From Parcubacteria group bacterium (lineage in GTDB: Bacteria; Patescibacteriota; Minisyncoccia; Portnoybacterales; UBA2143): a stretch of DNA of 64,000 bases. Under the pieces are notes generated by a model. The model searched no databases. It was not told the DNA's origin and was given only the letters and a program-made list of their open reading frames with translations. The DNA lies in NCBI GenBank assembly GCA_013203625.1, contig JABMPX010000005.1:2305-66304 (forward strand), read 5' to 3'. Below, piece after piece: positions 46,162 to 55,687 of this stretch. The position numbers and the translations under genes are program-made. Numbering within the stretch: the stretch's first letter is position 1; the number at the start of each line of letters is the position of its first letter.

Positions 46162-47428
46162 AATTATTTTAACTGCGTTTTTAATTTTCCCCTTAATTAG
46201 CAATGGAGGATTGATTGATGATATTAATCAACAAATTGTAGAACAGGAAGTCAAACGCGCAGAATTAGAAAAACAGGCGCAGGAGTATCAAGAAGTAATT
46301 GATCAAAAACAAGGGGAGATAAGGAGTTTGAATAATCAAGTTGCTATTTTTAACGCTCGAATAAACAAATTGCAAGTAGAAATCAACATTACGGAAGATG
46401 ACATTGCTCAGACCAAATTAAGAATCCTTTCATTGGAATATGGCATAGAACAAGCAGAAGAAGATATTTTTGAACAAAAAGGCAATTTAGGCAAAATCAT
46501 ACAAGTTATTGCTGAATTTGATCAAACCAGTCAAGTAGAAATGATTTTAGCTAGTGAGGATTTTTCTGATTTTTTTAATCAATTAACTTATTTAGATAAT
46601 CTTCAAAATGGAGTTAAGGAAAAAGTTGATAATCTTAAATTTTTAAAGCAGACATTAAGTCAAGATAAGGAAAGTAAAGAAGAAAAGAAAGAACATTTAG
46701 AAGAACTTAAACAACAATTAGATAGCCAGAAATGGTCTTTAGCAGGACAAAGAAACTCAAAAGAAGATCTTTTAAAATATACTAGCGGAGAAGAAAGCGA
46801 GTATCAACAATTGCTGGCTAATATTGAAGCGCAAAAAAGGTCTTTATTAGGAGATATTAATCGTTTACGCCAGCAAAAAGCAGTTGAATTAGCTCGTTTA
46901 AAAGAATTACAGGAAAAACCTCCTTCAGAATACTGGGCTTCGCTTAATTGGTATTATCGCCAAGATGATTCTCGCTGGGCCAAAACAACTATTGGCATTA
47001 GCAATTCAGAATTAGGAGATTATGGCTGCGCTATTACTTCAGTAGCCATGATTTTAAAATATTATGGCGTTAGCATTACGCCTAAACAATTAGCCAAAGA
47101 ATCCATTTTTTCTTGGGATTTAATTTATTGGCCAAGAAAATGGGGGAGTGTTCAATGCATGAATTGTCCGCCGCCACATGTTTCTTCTTTTGACTGGTTT
47201 CGCTTAGATCGCGAATTGGGAGCTGGCTATCCAGTAATAGTTTTTGTTAAAGCAGTAGGGCGTGGAGCAGGACATTATATTATAATTCATCATAAAACAA
47301 AGGATGGCCGTTATGTTGTTCATGATCCGCTTTTTGGCGCTAATATTTATTTAGAATCAACCCAGGTTTATATCTCAAACCTGTATGAAACTACAACTAT
47401 TTTAGATCAAATGATTATATATCACTAA
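46142..47428 (+). CDS. secreted coiled-coil protein with C-terminal peptidase C39-like (papain-fold) domain; putative murein hydrolase
   Basis: Signal/TM, ~230-aa heptad-rich region, then GDYGCAITSVAMILKYYG (Cys) and GHYIIIHHKTKDGRYVVHDP (His), typical of the C39_2 family. Confidence 0.5.
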   Translation: MKSKIYKIILTAFLIFPLISNGGLIDDINQQIVEQEVKRAELEKQAQEYQEVIDQKQGEIRSLNNQVAIFNARINKLQVEINITEDDIAQTKLRILSLEYGIEQAEEDIFEQKGNLGKIIQVIAEFDQTSQVEMILASEDFSDFFNQLTYLDNLQNGVKEKVDNLKFLKQTLSQDKESKEEKKEHLEELKQQLDSQKWSLAGQRNSKEDLLKYTSGEESEYQQLLANIEAQKRSLLGDINRLRQQKAVELARLKELQEKPPSEYWASLNWYYRQDDSRWAKTTIGISNSELGDYGCAITSVAMILKYYGVSITPKQLAKESIFSWDLIYWPRKWGSVQCMNCPPPHVSSFDWFRLDRELGAGYPVIVFVKAVGRGAGHYIIIHHKTKDGRYVVHDPLFGANIYLESTQVYISNLYETTTILDQMIIYH

Positions 47429-47440
47429 AAAATATAAATT

Positions 47441-47896
47441 ATGCGTTATATTATAATCTTACTAACAATTTTATTACTGCCGTATTTTGTCTCAGCTGAA
47501 GGAATAAAGATGTCTGATTTAGAAATTCCAGACTTATTAAATTGGTTAGACAATGCTTATGACAAAACTAATCAAAAAATTCTTAATCCAGTAAAGCAAT
47601 TTATTGATACATCTATTGATTTGATAAAAAAAGAGAATATAAAGGGAAAAAGCGAAGAGCTTTTAGATAAAACTGAAAAAGCAATTGAACAAAAACAAGA
47701 AGAATTAGTTGACCAAGCGCAAGAAAAAGTTAAACAAGAAGTTAAAAAAGGCGCTAAAAATTGGCTAAAGAGGAGATTAGAATCAGTTGAACAGACCCTG
47801 GCTCCCCTAAAAAATAAAATTCAGAAGGGGAGAGGCCTATTAAGAGAACAAGTTTATAAACTTAAAAATTATTTAAATAATTGGTTAAAAGGATAA
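47441..47896 (+). CDS. hypothetical secreted coiled-coil protein
   Basis: Signal peptide ending YFVSAEG, charged helical rest. Confidence 0.4.
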   Translation: MRYIIILLTILLLPYFVSAEGIKMSDLEIPDLLNWLDNAYDKTNQKILNPVKQFIDTSIDLIKKENIKGKSEELLDKTEKAIEQKQEELVDQAQEKVKQEVKKGAKNWLKRRLESVEQTLAPLKNKIQKGRGLLREQVYKLKNYLNNWLKG

Positions 47897-47948
47897 AACA
47901 TGATAGAGATAATGAATAGGGAATAGAGTAGGTTATCCACAAATGAAA

Positions 47949-47977
47949 TTGACAGCATTAGAGCTGCTTATTATAAT
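47949..47977 (+). promoter_or_regulatory. perfect consensus sigma70 promoter TTGACA-N17-TATAAT
   Basis: TTGACA 47949-47954, TATAAT 47972-47977, upstream of the recombinase gene. Confidence 0.5.
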
Positions 47978-48029
47978 AGATATATAGTCGCATAATATAC
48001 CTTAATACACATTTAATATATTTAAATAT

Positions 48030-48974
48030 ATGGACAAAAGCCAAAAACCACTTCCTCAACATTTAACTGACTTTTTGGACTGGTTAGATATTGAAAAAGG
48101 TTTATCTAATAAATCCCAGGAAAACTATTCTCGCTTTCTCAAAAAATTTATTGATTGGTTAGAAGATAATAACCTAAGTAGTTTAAAACCACATGAACTC
48201 TCCCCTGCTCATATTTGGGAATATAGAGTGTACTTGTCTCGTCATTCTAAAAAACCCTTAAAAAAAACAACACAGAACTATTACTTGATTGCTTTAAGGT
48301 CTTTTTTGAATTATTTCGCTAATAGGGATATAATTTCTCTGCCGGCTGAAAAAATTAAATTATCTAAGAGTAAAGATGACAAAAAGGTCCACTTTTTGGA
48401 TTTAGAACAGATAGAAAAATTACTTTCTGCGCCTGATATAAAAAAAATAAATGGCTTGAGGGATAGAACTATCTTAGAGGTTTTATTCTCAACTGGATTA
48501 AGAATTGCCGAATTAGTTTCTCTTAATCGAGATCAGATTAGAATTACTTCCTTAACCAAAGATTTAGAAATTGGCATTGTTGGCAAAGGTAATTATAATA
48601 GAACTATCTATTTTTCAGAAAGAACGATTTACTGGCTTAAGAAATATCTTGATTCTAGGAAAGATAATGATAAAGCTCTTTTTATTAATTACCAAGGAAG
48701 AAAAAATGCTCCTAGGCGTTTAACTGACCGTTCTATTGAAAGAAACATTAAAAAATATTCCTTATTAGCTGGCTTATCAGGAAATACTACTCCACATACT
48801 CTTCGCCATTCTTTTGCTACAGATTTATTATCTAAAGGCGTTGATTTGCGCCTAATCCAAGAGTTTTTAGGACATAGGAATATTGCTACTACCCAGATTT
48901 ATACTCATGTAACTAATAAGCGCTTGAAAGATGTTCATCGTGAATTCCACGGTAATAAAAAATTAGAAGAATAA
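48030..48974 (+). CDS. tyrosine site-specific recombinase (XerC/XerD/phage-integrase family)
   Basis: Catalytic box RHSFATDLLSKGVDLRLIQEFLGHRNIATTQIYTHV (R...HxxR...Y) and N-terminal SAM-like domain. Confidence 0.85.
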   Translation: MDKSQKPLPQHLTDFLDWLDIEKGLSNKSQENYSRFLKKFIDWLEDNNLSSLKPHELSPAHIWEYRVYLSRHSKKPLKKTTQNYYLIALRSFLNYFANRDIISLPAEKIKLSKSKDDKKVHFLDLEQIEKLLSAPDIKKINGLRDRTILEVLFSTGLRIAELVSLNRDQIRITSLTKDLEIGIVGKGNYNRTIYFSERTIYWLKKYLDSRKDNDKALFINYQGRKNAPRRLTDRSIERNIKKYSLLAGLSGNTTPHTLRHSFATDLLSKGVDLRLIQEFLGHRNIATTQIYTHVTNKRLKDVHREFHGNKKLEE

Positions 48975-48978
48975 ATTT

Positions 48979-50124
48979 ATGCGTATTTCTTATTCCGGGT
49001 TAGAAGCATTTTCTAATTGTCCGGCTAGATATAAATTTCAATATATTGAACGAATAAAAGCTCCTAAATCTAAGGAAGTAATTTTTGGCACTTTGGTTCA
49101 TGATTGTTTAAAGATGTTCCACGAACCAAGCCAGTCAACTCCTGTTTCTGAAGAAGATTTACTTAAATATTTTACTGAAAAATGGAATAGTGATATTTAT
49201 CAAGATAAACAAGAAGAAGCTTTTGCTTTTCATCAAGGAATTGAAATATTAAAAAAATATTATTTGCAAAACCAAGGAATTGATTTTAATATTGTTAATC
49301 TAGAAATACCTTTTGAAGTGCCTATTTTAGAAGAAGAACTTCATCAAATCACTGGCCGTATTGATCGCATTGATAAATTAGAAGACGGCACTTTTGAAAT
49401 AATTGATTATAAAACAAGCAAGAAGATGCCTTCGCAAGAAGATATTAATAGAAATTTCCAGCTTTCAATTTATTATTTAGGAGTAATTAATCGCTGGCCG
49501 TCTTTACAAAAGCAGAACAGACCAATCAAATTATCTCTTCATTATTTAAGACACAATGAAAAGCTTTCTACTATTCAAACTAATAAAAAAATTAAAGAAA
49601 CAAAACAAAAGATTTTATCTATAATAGATGAAATTAAAAAAAGCTCTTTTGAGCCAAAAATGAATCCTCTTTGCGACTGGTGCCAGTATCAGCCATATTG
49701 TCCTTTATTTAAGCATAAATTTATTAAGGAACAATCCCCTGCTCTTGATGAACAAGAAATCAAAGATGTAATTAAAGAATATTTTGAAATAAAAAGCGAA
49801 CAAGGAGCAGAAACAAAACGATTATCTGAATTAAAAGAAATCATTAATCAATATTGCGATAAAAATAAAATAGACAGAGTTTTTGGCGATAATGGATATA
49901 TTACTCGCCTTTCACAACAGAGATTTGCCTATAATTTTAATAAAGTCAAAGAAATTCTTGAACCAATTAATAAATGGGATCAGATTTTAACCATTGATAA
50001 AGTCAAATTTAAAAAAGTTGTTGATTCCCTGCCTTATGATTTAAAAAAACAAATTGATGAAGCTAAAACACTAGAACGAGAGTTTAAAGTAATGACAATG
50101 AAAGCAAATAAGCGCGAAAAATAA
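48979..50124 (+). CDS. PD-(D/E)XK nuclease with Cas4/AddB-type 4-Cys cluster
   Basis: N-terminal Cys (SNCPARYKF), GRIDRID...EIIDYKTSKK (D..ExK core), C-terminal CDWCQYQPYC (CxxCx5C). Confidence 0.6.
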   Translation: MRISYSGLEAFSNCPARYKFQYIERIKAPKSKEVIFGTLVHDCLKMFHEPSQSTPVSEEDLLKYFTEKWNSDIYQDKQEEAFAFHQGIEILKKYYLQNQGIDFNIVNLEIPFEVPILEEELHQITGRIDRIDKLEDGTFEIIDYKTSKKMPSQEDINRNFQLSIYYLGVINRWPSLQKQNRPIKLSLHYLRHNEKLSTIQTNKKIKETKQKILSIIDEIKKSSFEPKMNPLCDWCQYQPYCPLFKHKFIKEQSPALDEQEIKDVIKEYFEIKSEQGAETKRLSELKEIINQYCDKNKIDRVFGDNGYITRLSQQRFAYNFNKVKEILEPINKWDQILTIDKVKFKKVVDSLPYDLKKQIDEAKTLEREFKVMTMKANKREK

Positions 50125-50125
50125 C

Positions 50126-50524
50126 TCATGGCTTATATCCAGCAGGAATATATTTTTCAAAACTACTGCATCTGATATAGCCAGCAGCTTGAGCTTCGGC
50201 TTCTGAAGAAAACCAAATTTGATTTTCTTCAGATATCCTTTTGGCAAATGAACAATTTGGCCAATGATATTTGTTGCTGTTTTTACTGCCAACAAATATT
50301 CCCTGCTCTTTTGATTGATTAGTTTCTGATACTGTTTGTTGAATTGAAGCAGTTTGGGTAGTTTGATCTGTAATTGGATTTTGAATAACAATAGGCTCAA
50401 TATCTGCTTGAGGAGCGGTTAATTGGCCAGCTCCAAAACTAATTAAAGCTATTAAGATAATACCAATTGTTAAAATAATATCAGATTCATTTTTCTTGAC
50501 GAATTCTTTGAAATTAGATAACAT
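50126..50524 (-). CDS. hypothetical membrane-anchored protein with C-terminal YHWPNC...GYxRC motif
   Basis: N-terminal TM (ILTIGIILIALISFGAG), Thr/Gln-rich linker, small C-terminal Cys/His domain. Confidence 0.4.
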   Translation of the reverse strand: MLSNFKEFVKKNESDIILTIGIILIALISFGAGQLTAPQADIEPIVIQNPITDQTTQTASIQQTVSETNQSKEQGIFVGSKNSNKYHWPNCSFAKRISEENQIWFSSEAEAQAAGYIRCSSFEKYIPAGYKP

Positions 50525-50530
50525 TATAAT

Positions 50531-50803
50531 ATGTCTAAAACAAAATCAGCTGGTTCAACTAGTTTAGGCCGGGATTCCAGGCCAAAATATTTAGGAGTTA
50601 AATTATCTGGAGGACAAAAAGCCCAGCCAGGAAGTATTATTGTGCGTCAAAGAGGAACAAAATTTTTGCCTGGCAAGAATGTCCGACGCGGGAAAGACGA
50701 TACTCTTTATTCAATTATCAAGGGTGTAGTCCAGTTTACTACAAAACGCATTAAACGTTTTGACGGTTCCAGAAGAATCGCCAAAGTAGTTAATGTAGAA
50801 TAA
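50531..50803 (+). CDS. rpmA: 50S ribosomal protein L27
   Basis: MSKTKSAGSTSLGRDSRPKYLGVKLSGGQ... Confidence 0.9.
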   Translation: MSKTKSAGSTSLGRDSRPKYLGVKLSGGQKAQPGSIIVRQRGTKFLPGKNVRRGKDDTLYSIIKGVVQFTTKRIKRFDGSRRIAKVVNVE

Positions 50804-50830
50804 TTTAACAAAAATAATTTAACAAAAAAG

Positions 50831-50856
50831 CATACTAAGTAGTATGTTTTTTTGTT
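50831..50856. terminator. rho-independent terminator, likely bidirectional (rpmA / rplI)
   Basis: CATACT-aagt-AGTATG hairpin flanked by an A-run upstream and a T7 run downstream. Confidence 0.45.
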
Positions 50857-50865
50857 TTAGTGCTG

Positions 50866-51312
50866 TTATTTTTCTTCTAGAACAATTACTTTTATTTTGG
50901 TTTCTAAATTATGAGGAAATTCAATAGCTATTTCATATTCACCGAGCTCTTTGATCGGGTCTTTTAATTTAACCTGTTCCTTTTTAATTTTAAATCCTTT
51001 TTCTTTTAATTTTTCAGCAATCTGATTAGCAGTGATTGCTCCAAAAAGTTTACCTTCTTCATTAATCTTAACTGGAACTTCTAATTCCAATCCATCTATT
51101 TGACTGGCTATTCCTTGGAAAAGAGCTAATTCTTCTTCAGCTTTTTGCGTATCAATTTTTTTCTGCTCTTCTGCCTGAGCCATTTCTGATTTAGTTGCCA
51201 AAACAGCCATTTGTTTAGGAATTAAAAAATTACGAGCATAGCCATCAGCCACTTGTTTAATCTCACCTTCTTTGCCTAATTTTTCTACATCTTTAAGTAA
51301 AATTACTTTCAT
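50866..51312 (-). CDS. rplI: 50S ribosomal protein L9
   Basis: [34 protein letters not shown]. Confidence 0.85.
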   Translation of the reverse strand: MKVILLKDVEKLGKEGEIKQVADGYARNFLIPKQMAVLATKSEMAQAEEQKKIDTQKAEEELALFQGIASQIDGLELEVPVKINEEGKLFGAITANQIAEKLKEKGFKIKKEQVKLKDPIKELGEYEIAIEFPHNLETKIKVIVLEEK

Positions 51313-51327
51313 ATTATTTATAAACTA

Positions 51328-51603
51328 TTAATATTTTATTTTGAAATTTTCAAATTGACCAGTTGCTTCTTCCCAATCAATATCTATTTTATCAACTTTA
51401 GCTAACATAGATCCATTATAGCACCAATCAATGAATTGCTTCAAGTCCTTTTCTTTCCCCTCAGCTACTATCTTAACTGTTCCATCTAATTCATTCATAA
51501 CCCAGCCCGTCAGATCTAATTTTTTAGCTTTTCTTCTTGTTGAATCCCTAAAAAATACTTTTTGCACTCTTCCATAAATTTTAAGAGTTGCTTGTTTATT
51601 CAT
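51328..51603 (-). CDS. acyP: acylphosphatase
   Basis: LKIYGRVQKVFFRDSTRRKAKKLDLTGWVMNELDGTV matches the acylphosphatase signatures. Confidence 0.7.
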   Translation of the reverse strand: MNKQATLKIYGRVQKVFFRDSTRRKAKKLDLTGWVMNELDGTVKIVAEGKEKDLKQFIDWCYNGSMLAKVDKIDIDWEEATGQFENFKIKY

Positions 51604-51610
51604 CCTAATC

Positions 51611-52837
51611 TTATTTTAATAACTCTATGGCTTTATCTAGTTGCGGATCACGCATTTCATCAATATCTTCTGAAGTTAATTCTACTTCTTCGTCAGGAAT
51701 TATTCCTTCTTTGCTAATATTAGTTCCGGCTGGAGTTACCCATTTAGCTACTGTAATTTTAGCGCTAGAACCGCCTTTTAATTTTTCTAATTGCTGAACT
51801 GATCCTTTGCCAAAACTTTTTTGGCCAACAATTTTAATTCCTTTAATATCTCTTAAAGCGCCGGCTAGAATTTCTGATGCCGAAGCTGATCCTTCGTTGA
51901 TTAAGATAATTGTTGGAATATTTTCTAGGGATTCATAACCCTTGCTGCGATGTTCATTTCTGTAGCCATTACCGTAATCTTCAGCTACAACTAATTCTCC
52001 TTTTGGTAAAAACCAACTTGCTATATCAACAGCCACTTCTAAATAACCCCCTGGATTATTACGAACATCTAAAACAATTCCTTTGGGATTTTGTTCAAGA
52101 GCCTGTTTAACTGTTTTTCTAAATTGGTTGGCTGAGTTTTCAGTAAAATGATAAAGCTGGATATAGGCAATCCATTCGTCTTCATTGTCTAAGCTAATTT
52201 TTTCCCATTTAATAATAGGTATTTCAATAGTATCTCTAATAATTTTTATTTCCCTAGTCTCATCCCATTCATCTCTGATAATAAGCAAAATTACTTCAGT
52301 TCCTTTATCCCCTCTAATTATTCCAACTGCTTGATCAAGCGATAAATCAGCTGTCAAAGTATCATCTACTTTAAGAATTTTGTCTCCTGGTTTTAATCCA
52401 GCTTTTTGCGCTGGGTTGCCTTCTAAAGGAGAAATAATTGTTAAAATTCCTTTGCGAATGCCAATTTCAGCCCCAATTCCTTCAAAACTGCCTTTCATAT
52501 CATCAAGAAATATTTTACTCTGTTCTGGCTCCATAAAAACAGTATAAGGGTCTTCTAATGATTCAAATAGGCCCTTAACTGATCCGTAAATCATTTTTTG
52601 GATATCCAAATCAAGCCGATCAACATAACCTTTTTCAATCATATGCCATGCATCCCAAAATAAGCTGAAATCAACATTTGCTGGTTGACCAAGTTCTTTA
52701 TTGGTCAATCCTCCTACTTTATCTATAGAAGGCTGGCTAGTCTGGCCAATAAAAAATCCAAAGCCAAAAATAACGACAAAAAGAATAATCCAAGTTGGGA
52801 TAGAAATATATTTTTTCATGCTTTTCTCCATTTCCAA
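51611..52837 (-). CDS. ctpA: carboxyl-terminal processing protease (S41 family, PDZ-containing)
   Basis: N-terminal TM, PDZ (GLKPGDKILKVDD), catalytic region ILINEGSASASEILAGAL...K. Confidence 0.85.
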   Translation of the reverse strand: MEMEKSMKKYISIPTWIILFVVIFGFGFFIGQTSQPSIDKVGGLTNKELGQPANVDFSLFWDAWHMIEKGYVDRLDLDIQKMIYGSVKGLFESLEDPYTVFMEPEQSKIFLDDMKGSFEGIGAEIGIRKGILTIISPLEGNPAQKAGLKPGDKILKVDDTLTADLSLDQAVGIIRGDKGTEVILLIIRDEWDETREIKIIRDTIEIPIIKWEKISLDNEDEWIAYIQLYHFTENSANQFRKTVKQALEQNPKGIVLDVRNNPGGYLEVAVDIASWFLPKGELVVAEDYGNGYRNEHRSKGYESLENIPTIILINEGSASASEILAGALRDIKGIKIVGQKSFGKGSVQQLEKLKGGSSAKITVAKWVTPAGTNISKEGIIPDEEVELTSEDIDEMRDPQLDKAIELLK

Positions 52838-53604
52838 AAATATTTTATAGCGCTAATTAAATGTATTCTTGTATATTTATTAAATAAAGTATCCAATAAG
52901 CTATTCCATTTTTTACTAACTCTATAATAATAATGGAACATTTTAGCAGATGGATAATAGATAACCTGATAGTTGTTCTGCCAAAAGCGTCGGCACCAAT
53001 CAGTATCTTCTAAGTACATAAAAAACCTTTCATCTAACAAACCGACTTTTTCAATAGCTTTTTTACGAACAAGCATAGCTGATCCTTGTACCCAGTCAAC
53101 TTTTTTCTTTGAAAAAGAATCTTCTTTCTTTATTAAAAAATCATTTATTTTCTTTTTCCCCCAACTTAGTTTGCCTAAAAAAGTTCGTCTAGCTATAATT
53201 GCTCCGATGCTTGGAAAACGAAAACAAGAATGCTGAGATTTATTTGAAAAAGTTAATAATTGAGGTCCAACAATGCCAACTTCAGGATTTTTTTGAATAA
53301 ACTCAAGCATCTGAGCAACAGAATCTTTAGTAATAAGAATATCAGCATTAAGAATTAAAATATATTCTCCTTTAGACGCTTTAATTCCTGTATTAACAAT
53401 TTTAGCATAACCAATGTTTTTTGGAAAAGGGATAAATTTTATTTCTGAAAATTCTTCCTCAATTAAATCTTGGGTAACTGATTCTGTTTGGCTATCAACT
53501 ACAATTATTTCATATTCAAGAGGACCAATATTCTCTTTAATTGACTTAAGACAAAGCTTTAATAAAACCGGGGTTCTATGATGAGTAATAATAATTGAAA
53601 GCAT
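52816..53604 (-). CDS. glycosyltransferase family 2
   Basis: MLSIIITHHRTPVLLKLCLKSI N-terminus, DxD-type ILILNADI, GT-A fold length. Confidence 0.7.
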   Translation of the reverse strand: MLSIIITHHRTPVLLKLCLKSIKENIGPLEYEIIVVDSQTESVTQDLIEEEFSEIKFIPFPKNIGYAKIVNTGIKASKGEYILILNADILITKDSVAQMLEFIQKNPEVGIVGPQLLTFSNKSQHSCFRFPSIGAIIARRTFLGKLSWGKKKINDFLIKKEDSFSKKKVDWVQGSAMLVRKKAIEKVGLLDERFFMYLEDTDWCRRFWQNNYQVIYYPSAKMFHYYYRVSKKWNSLLDTLFNKYTRIHLISAIKYFWKWRKA

Positions 53605-53610
53605 AATTTA

Positions 53611-54642
53611 TTAATCAAATATATTTTTACAAACTTCTTGAATCTCTTCAAAGTTTTCTTTGTTTGGCAAAAGCACATATTCTTCGTTAATAAAAGTATG
53701 ATAAAGCAATCCTTCTGGAGTGGTATCAAAAATTCTTGTCTTAATATTATCTGTGTCCAAGCTTGAAGCAATGCTAATTAAGCTTTTAATGTCATTCAAA
53801 CCTGCATCTGTTCTAAGGTGCTTGCCCAACACATCTAAAAGATTATAAATTTTAACTGGATTAGTTAAAACACCCAAAGAAAGAGCTTTTTCCTTAAAGG
53901 CCATTAAAACCTGTTGTTGGCGAACCATTCTGTCAAAATCATTAGTTGAATAACGAGAACGGACATAATAAAGAGCAGTTCGGCCATCTAAAAAATTCTC
54001 GCCGCGCGCTAGATAAAAAACCCACTTCTCTTCCCCGTCAATTTCTTTAATAAACCAATGTTCATCTTCTTCTAATCCTTCTTTTGCCCATTGAAAGCTT
54101 TCCTCAAATGGTTCTTTTAAATAAACAGAAATTCCGCCTAAAATATCAACGGTTTCTTTAAGTGCTTCAAAATCAACACTTGCTGCATAATCAATATGAA
54201 TATCAGTTAAATAAGAAACAGTTTTTTTGGCGCAATCCATGCCTCCTTGGGCATAAGCAAAATTAATTTTCTTTTTTTCTTCTGAACACCAAAGTTGGGC
54301 ATAGAGATCGCGAGGCAAGGAAATTAAAGCAACTTGATTTGTGTTTTTTTTAATGCTAAGTAAAATTATTGTATCAGAAAGCAATTTACCATCTCCTGGG
54401 TCCTCTAATCCCCTAATGCCCAAAAGCAAAACATTGATTCTGTCAGGATTTTTCTCTGGCAATTCAGGCAGATTATCAGCAAAAGGCAAAAATTGATCTA
54501 TATCTGTTTGATTGATAACTTTGCTGATAGTAAAACTAGCCTTAAAAAAGAATAAGCAAAAAAAGCCTACTGAAAATAGGATGATGATAAATGTCCATAA
54601 TCTTATTTTTTTCTTTGGATGAGAATTAATTTCTTCTTCCAT
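53611..54642 (-). CDS. LytR-CpsA-Psr (LCP) family cell-envelope glycopolymer transferase
   Basis: N-terminal TM and LCP core LLLGIRGLEDPGDGKLLSDTIILLSIKKNTNQVALISLPRDLY. Confidence 0.8.
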   Translation of the reverse strand: MEEEINSHPKKKIRLWTFIIILFSVGFFCLFFFKASFTISKVINQTDIDQFLPFADNLPELPEKNPDRINVLLLGIRGLEDPGDGKLLSDTIILLSIKKNTNQVALISLPRDLYAQLWCSEEKKKINFAYAQGGMDCAKKTVSYLTDIHIDYAASVDFEALKETVDILGGISVYLKEPFEESFQWAKEGLEEDEHWFIKEIDGEEKWVFYLARGENFLDGRTALYYVRSRYSTNDFDRMVRQQQVLMAFKEKALSLGVLTNPVKIYNLLDVLGKHLRTDAGLNDIKSLISIASSLDTDNIKTRIFDTTPEGLLYHTFINEEYVLLPNKENFEEIQEVCKNIFD

Positions 54643-54643
54643 A

Positions 54644-55687
54644 TTAGTTAAACCATTTTTCCATTTCTTTTGTCCCTATTTTTTTATTAGTCATAATTAT
54701 TTTTCTTTTTCTCCAAGAAAAAGGCGCTTGTTTGAATAAATCCCTGATTGCCTTCCATGTATATTTTTCAAAAAATAAAACATAGAACCAAGAAAGAATT
54801 TCTTTAGGCAAAAACCAAGGTAAATGTTTTATTAAAATCCAAAATTGCTCATTTTTAATTTGCATTAACCGTTGGTTCTTAAAAGCAAGATACTTTGAAA
54901 ACTTGTTGATTTTTCTTCTTTCTTTGATTATAGCAAAATAGCCTATTGAAGCGCTTTCTCCTGAACTTCGATCATGCCAAGCAACTGACTTTGGCTGATA
55001 AATTGCCTTCCAGTTATAAAGGCGTAAGCGCCAAGCTAAATCAACGTCTTCTTTGTATAAAAAGAAATTTTCATCAAAATATTCATCGTTTAATTTTACG
55101 TTTTCTAATGCTTTCTTTCTGTAGATTGGCGCTGCTCCGTCTGCTCCAAAAATTTCTTGTTCTTTTTGGAATTGGCCCTGATCTATTTCTCCTTGTCCCC
55201 TATTAATAATCCTTCTGTTTTTAAAAATAGAAAGACCAGTAGTGTCTATTATATAAAATATTTCATTTGAAATTTCTAAAGAAATATTGCCCATGTTCCA
55301 GCGCAAAAGCTTTCCTTGAACAGCTGCTACATTGTCTTTCTTTTCAAGCACTTCAACAGCATTTTGGATAAACTCTCTATCTAAAAACATATCTTGATTA
55401 AGGCATAAAATATATTTTCCTTTATTGATTTTTATTGCTTGATTGTATCCGCCTGCATAGCCTAAATTTTTTTCATTAAAAATAATTTTCAGTTTTGGCT
55501 TATCTGGTAATTTTTTTAAATAATCTTTTGTTCCGTCAGTTGAATTATTGTCAATAATAAGAATTTCTAAATTAGGATATCTCTGATTAAAAACTGACTT
55601 TAGACATTTATCAAGATATTTTTTCCCGTTATAGGCGAGAAGATTTATTGATACTAATGGATGATTTTGTTGCATAAAGTAGACCAA
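54644..55687 (-). CDS. glycosyltransferase family 2
   Basis: VSINLLAYNGKKYLDKCLKSVFNQRYPNLEILIIDNNSTDGT and DxD. Confidence 0.75.
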   Translation of the reverse strand: MVYFMQQNHPLVSINLLAYNGKKYLDKCLKSVFNQRYPNLEILIIDNNSTDGTKDYLKKLPDKPKLKIIFNEKNLGYAGGYNQAIKINKGKYILCLNQDMFLDREFIQNAVEVLEKKDNVAAVQGKLLRWNMGNISLEISNEIFYIIDTTGLSIFKNRRIINRGQGEIDQGQFQKEQEIFGADGAAPIYRKKALENVKLNDEYFDENFFLYKEDVDLAWRLRLYNWKAIYQPKSVAWHDRSSGESASIGYFAIIKERRKINKFSKYLAFKNQRLMQIKNEQFWILIKHLPWFLPKEILSWFYVLFFEKYTWKAIRDLFKQAPFSWRKRKIIMTNKKIGTKEMEKWFN

